A stretch of DNA of 38,272 nucleotides. Origin: Dimorphilus gyrociliatus. Taxonomy: Eukaryota; Animalia; Annelida. Below are positions 33,703-38,272 of the stretch, piece after piece. The translations under genes were made by a program, and so were the position numbers. The stretch is from the NCBI GenBank assembly GCA_904063045.1, contig CAJFCJ010000121.1:1-38272 (forward strand), given 5' to 3'. Positions within the stretch are counted from its first letter, which is position 1. Every line of letters starts with the position of its first letter. The notes beneath the pieces were generated by a model. The model was given only the letters and a program-made list of their open reading frames with translations. It made no database searches and was not told the origin of the DNA.

Positions 33703-34313
33703 GGGTTAGGTCTTGGGGTTAGGGTTTTAACGCCCTAGAGTAGCACTCTCACTTTCTCCGTGAGTGATACCCTTGGAAGGTTGCGTTCCACATTGAAGAA
33801 TAACTATTCTGAATGACGGCAGGTTAATCTCTTAAGAACTGGGACCCTGAATTGTCAATTAGACGTGATACAAGGACCGTTCCTCCGATTACGGGAACCG
33901 GATGAGATACACCCGCTCAACTCAGAAAATCGCATCCAATAAAGGAAAAATAAGGACTTTCGGTTTCGAGCATGGTGCATTGCGGGATTCGAACCCACGT
34001 CTCCTGATTACATGTCAGTTATGTTACCACTACACCAAATACCTCCATGACGAACCTACCATCCAGATCTTCCTTATAGGATTTGTCTTTGGCGTCTTAA
34101 CCAAGTAATCATTTCTTAATGATTATCAAGCAGATAATTATTCGACAGAGAACCTCAGAGCCTTCCAAGTCTTTCACCCCTGAAGATAGGATCTGGCAGG
34201 GTTAGGTCTTGGGGTTAGGGTTTTAACGCCCTAGAGTAGCACTCTCACTTTCTCCGTGAGTGATACCCTTGGAAGGTTGCGTTCCACATTGAAGAATAAC
34301 TATTCTGAATGAC
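33703..34313 (-). mobile_element. tRNA-containing SINE-like unit with a telomere-complementary 3' tail (one 496-bp unit plus a 115-bp partial copy)
   Basis: 33703-33817 is repeated at 34199-34313. On the minus strand both copies end in AAAACCCTAACCCCAAGACCTAACCC. CpG is retained. Confidence 0.6.
33973..34043 (-). pseudogene. tRNA-like sequence (Pol III A and B boxes)
   Basis: GGTATTTGGTGTAGTGGTAACATAACTGACATGTAATCAGGAGACGTGGGTTCGAATCCCGCAATGCACCA. D, anticodon and T arms fold, the acceptor stem is 5/7, and the loop CATGTAA lacks U33. Confidence 0.7.
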
Positions 34314-34494
34314 AGGGTTAGGTTTGCAAAGGGTTTTTTTTTTGACTAAATCAAAAAAGAGAAACAGGATTCTCACATTTCAAGAGTCCCAGTTGATTTT
34401 GGGAAGCAGTCAAAGAAAAAATACACCAAAATCGACATTTAAAACAATTTCCAACAGAAAAAATTTTTTTCTTAAATTTTTTTCCTACCTACTT

Positions 34495-34555
34495 GACCTA
34501 CCATGGTTTCGTCCCCCTCTCTACTAAATTTTTAAACCTGGGACTCTTCAGGGTC
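34495..34555 (-). ncRNA. Type I hammerhead ribozyme (intact)
   Basis: GACC CTGAAGA GTCCC..GGGAC GAAA CCATGG TA GGTC on the minus strand. Confidence 0.9.
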
Positions 34556-36736
34556 TACTAAGCTGCATGAAAGAGAGGTTTGAGAATCTTAATAAGAAGT
34601 TTCTCTCCAGATTTTTGATTTATTTATTTGTTTGTTGATAAAGATTCTTGTGGGGTAAAATTTGGAAATTAAATTGAAAAAAAATTAAAAAATTAAAATA
34701 AGAGACCAAAATAGTTTAAAACTTTTTAAATTAACAAGTTATTAAAGAAAGCATCTATGGACTTGAATCAAAGTGTAAGGAATAAATAACAGTAAATTGA
34801 GGGGATATATATACTGGCAGTTTGGAAAAACAGCAAAGACAGAAAAAACAAAAATTGCAGACCTAAAAAATAAGAAAAGTGATATAGAATAAAATAAAAT
34901 AAGATAAAATAAAATAAAATAAGTTGGGTAAATAGTAGCAACCAGGATTGGAATAACAATAAAAGTTTAAATAAAAGTAAAAATTCAAAATTGAAAGAGT
35001 GAAAAAAATAAAAGTATGAATTGTATTATTATTTATGGCTAGTTGATGAATTAAGTATGTGTAAAGGAATTGGTTAATTAATTGAAAGTATATGAAATAG
35101 GTGAGTGTAAATGAATGAAGTGTGATACATATGTTGTATTATGTAGAAAGTATGGTTAATTTAATTTTATGGCTAAAGATTAGAGGATTGTTAATTTGAA
35201 AATTATTAAATAATATTGTTTGAAGACTAAACTGTTTTTCTTGTATTATATTTTCCAACATTCCTTTACTTTGCCAAGTGATAGGTTGTTCTGGCTAATG
35301 AATGGATTGGAAAGTGGGTTAAATAAATTATTTGTAAGTAAATGTGTGAAAGCCTTAGGTAATCTGTTTTTGTTTGTAAAAGTTTCTTGCCAACATTCAT
35401 TTAGTTAATTCCAGATAGTTTGATTTGGCTAATGAATGGATTGGGAAGAGTGTTTTGTATGCTGAATAGAGAGGTTTAATTCCTAATTCCTTTATTGATT
35501 TATGATTAATGTTTGTTACTGGAATGGAAGGATTATTCCATGTAGTGAATTAAGGTTACAATTTATGGTATTAGTAGTTGAAAGAGTCTTTTTCCAACAT
35601 TCATTTGTTTGAGCCAGTTATGATTCATTGTTTTGGCTAATGAATGGATTGGAAAAAAAATTAAGAGAATATATGTGAGTTTTTGAAGTGAGTGATATTA
35701 AAATTGGTGAAATGTTTTAATGTAAAATATGGTGGTGTTTATACTGGAAGTAGATTGATAAGTAAAGTATTTTTTTAAATTTCAGCTTAAGGACAAAGGT
35801 TAGTTACTGAGAATATTTAAAATGTTCGCTACAAACTATATATTCAACCTAATAAAAATATACTACAATAGGGGATTTTTATAAATTTTAGAATTGTAAA
35901 AGATTTGGGAAGAATATAGAAACATTTATAAAGATCACAAAGAAATATGTAAACTACTAACCATATTTACATCAAATTAAAACCAGTTTAATACACAAAT
36001 TAAACTCAAATTTTAATTTAAACTTACAATCAAACTAAAAAACAAACTCAAACTCAGGTTAAAACTCATACTCAAGCAAAAACTCATACTCAAGCTAAAA
36101 CAATGAGAAAATTTAAAATCACCATGATAAAAACATCAACAACTTATTTTAAGCAATATTTTAAAAAAATACAAAAATGTACAAAACTATACAAGCTTTT
36201 ACAAAAGTAATCAAAAAAGTACAAAGATATATTACTACTACCATCAGAAATTTAAAATCACCATAAGTGTATACTGACTCTAAAGAATTTCATCATTTGG
36301 TTTTAACAGCAAGACATTATCAACACAACAAACTCTAGCAATTTACCAAAAATGTTAATTACACCACAGGTACATATTTAAGAATCTTTATCCCTTTTTT
36401 AAAGTAAAAAGAAAAAATTTTGAAAGCTAAAGTCAAAAAATTTAATTTTGAATTGAAAAAAGTCAATCTTATGGAAAAAGTTTTGTTTTTAGTCATTGAT
36501 TAAGGTTTATGTATTAGTTCCTCTCATTCCACATTCTCTTTACTTGTTGGGGTTTGCAAAGGGTTTTTTTTTGACTAAATCAAAAAAGAGAAACAGGATT
36601 CTCACATTTCAAGAGTCCCAGTTGATTTTGGGAAGCAGTCAAAGAAAAAATACACCAAAATCGACATTTAAAACAATTTCCAACAGAAAAAATTTTTTCA
36701 AAAAATTTTTTTCTTAAATTTTTTTCCTACCTACTT

Positions 36737-36793
36737 GACCTACCATGGTTTCGTCCTCCTCTCTATTTTTATGACCAAGGACTCATCAGGGTC
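36737..36793 (-). ncRNA. Type I hammerhead ribozyme (intact)
   Basis: GACC CTGATGA GTCC..GGAC GAAA CCATGG TA GGTC on the minus strand. Confidence 0.9.
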
Positions 36794-37487
36794 TATTAAC
36801 CTACACCTACAGAGAGGTTGAAGGATTCCAATAGGGAATTCACTTCTTCAGGTTTTTTTTTAATATATATCATATTGAAAGTGCTATGTATTATGATACT
36901 GTATATCAGAATTTGTACATACCATTTTAAAATCATCAGCAATTGTAGGGGATGTTCATTTAACTGGGTATTTTAAATGTGATTTTGACTCCTTATTCTT
37001 CAAACTAAATATGAACCATGTGAATAAAACATTCAAAATATATATAACACACTTTCCTGTTCAATGACATATCTACATACCATTATATCATTGAAGGATG
37101 TATATTTTGAAAGGAATTGTAGAAGTTGTTCATAAGACCAGCTATTTTTAAGGTGATGTTGACTCCTTAATCTTCAAACTATAAATGATTTCTGTGAAAA
37201 AAACATTTATAATATATATAAGACACATGGAAAATCCTGTGGGAACATGCCATAAGCTAATCTGGCCTAGATAAAATTATATAACACCAATGTGGAAACA
37301 TGAAGTTAGTTAGTAAACTTTAAAATCACTGATAATCAAATTAAATCTGAGTGTGAGAAAGTTCTACAAACATGTTAAAGAGAGATAAGAGTTTGTTGTA
37401 ACTTGATATCAGCATTATAGTATTAGTGTATGTACTGAATTTCAAATCTCTATCTTAATTAACAACAATTAGTCAATAAACTGCAGT

Positions 37488-38272
37488 TTGGGTTAGGTTA
37501 GGGGTTAGGGTTAGGTTTAGGGTTAGGGTTAGGGTTAGGGTTAGGGTTAGGGTTAGGGTTAGGGTTAGGGTTAGGGTTAGGGTTAGGGTTAGGGTTTAGG
37601 GTTAGGTTAGGTTAGGGTTAGGTTAGGGTTAGGTTAGGGTTAGGTTAGGGTTAGGTTAGGTTAGGGTTAGGGTTAGGTTAGGGTTAGGTTAGGGTTAGGG
37701 TTAGGTTAGGGTTAGGGTTAGGTTAGGGTTAGGGTTAGGTTAGGGTTAGGGTTAGGTTAGGGTTAGGGTTAGGTTAGGGTTAGGTTAGGGTTAGGGTTAG
37801 GTTAGGGTTAGGGTTAGGGTTAGGTTAGGGTTAGGGTTAGGGTTAGGTTAGGGTTAGGGTTAGGTTAGGGTTAGGTTAGGGTTAGGTTAGGGTTAGGGTT
37901 AGGTTAGGGTTAGGTTAGGGTTAGGGTTAGGGTTAGGTTAGGGTTAGGGTTAGGTTAGGGTTAGGGTTAGGGTTAGGGTTAGGTTAGGGTTAGGGTTAGG
38001 GTTAGGTTAGGGTTAGGGTTAGGGTTAGGGTTAGGGTTAGGGTTAGGTTAGGGTTAGGGTTAGGGTTAGGGTTAGGTTAGGGTTAGGGTTAGGGTTAGGG
38101 TTAGGGTTAGGGTTAGGGTTAGGTTAGGGTTAGGGTTAGGGTTAGGGTTAGGTTAGGGTTAGGGTTAGGGTTAGGGTTAGGGTTAGGGTTAGGGTTAGGG
38201 TTAGGTTAGGGTTAGGGTTAGGGTTAGGGTTAGGGTTAGGGTTAGGGTTAGGGTTAGGGTTAGGGTTAGGTT
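37488..38272 (+). repeat. Telomeric repeat array, mixed TTAGGG/TTAGG
   Basis: A continuous G-strand array runs to the end of the window. Confidence 0.97.

Larger units (their letters stand above)
34314..37370 (-). mobile_element. Non-autonomous hammerhead-bearing PLE-type element, copy 2 (telomere-adjacent)
   Basis: Reverse complement of ~16800-19777. The 3' end AAACCTAACCCT is at 34314-34325 and the 5' end faces the telomere. Confidence 0.8.

Noticed and set aside
31814-33722. The 627-aa (MTAIEMIPRK)n and 608-aa (ISIAVIFLGI)n ORFs as real proteins
   Set aside because: They follow from a stop-free 30-bp unit, have no unique N-terminus, and one crosses the N.
33973-34043. Functional tRNA-Thr(TGT) gene
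   Set aside because: The acceptor stem is incomplete, there is an A-G mismatch in the anticodon stem, and U33 is missing.
34178-34200. Additional hammerheads at CTGAAGA (34180, 17317) and CTGATGA (31788)
   Set aside because: No stem II followed by GAAA, and no stem III.
33703-34313. Telomerase RNA gene (template-like AACCCTAACCC and ACCTAACCC)
   Set aside because: The motifs sit at the 3' end of repeated, truncated modules and are shared with a PLE tail. I could not identify a pseudoknot or H/ACA domain. It is not strictly excluded without a covariance search.

Overview
This is an AT-rich, CpG-poor subtelomere of a eukaryote, most likely an invertebrate animal: introns are only 46-61 nt and the window ends in about 785 bp of mixed TTAGGG/TTAGG repeats (37488-38272). 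It is mostly a mosaic of mobile DNA. (1) Two copies of one LTR family: a 3' end with a herpes-gB/class III-fusogen-like env, PPT and LTR (1-3034), and a 5' end with LTR, tRNA-Ser PBS and gag (21947-23334). (2) Penelope-like (PLE) pieces: an SGNH-like ORF1 with a truncated RT (4148-6630), and a GIY-YIG-end fragment with a telomere-complementary 3' tail (23543-24165). (3) Spliced PHD-FLYWCH-MULE transposons, one apparently intact with a 9-bp TSD and others nested. (4) A 30-bp minisatellite with a 150-bp higher-order repeat. Host-like genes are an inactive trypsin homolog, C1q-like domains, an RNI-type LRR gene and a small secreted CX3C-X10-CX3C peptide precursor. The most striking system is a ~3-kb element with no evident ORF, present twice in inverted orientation (16800-19777 and 34314-37370). 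It carries two minimal type I hammerhead ribozymes in ~270-bp direct repeats and ends in telomere-complementary sequence. Its distal copy is stacked head-to-tail with a tRNA-containing unit that shares its 3' tail with the PLE fragment, and the stack is capped by the telomere. Everything here was read by eye with no searches run, so family assignments need database confirmation.
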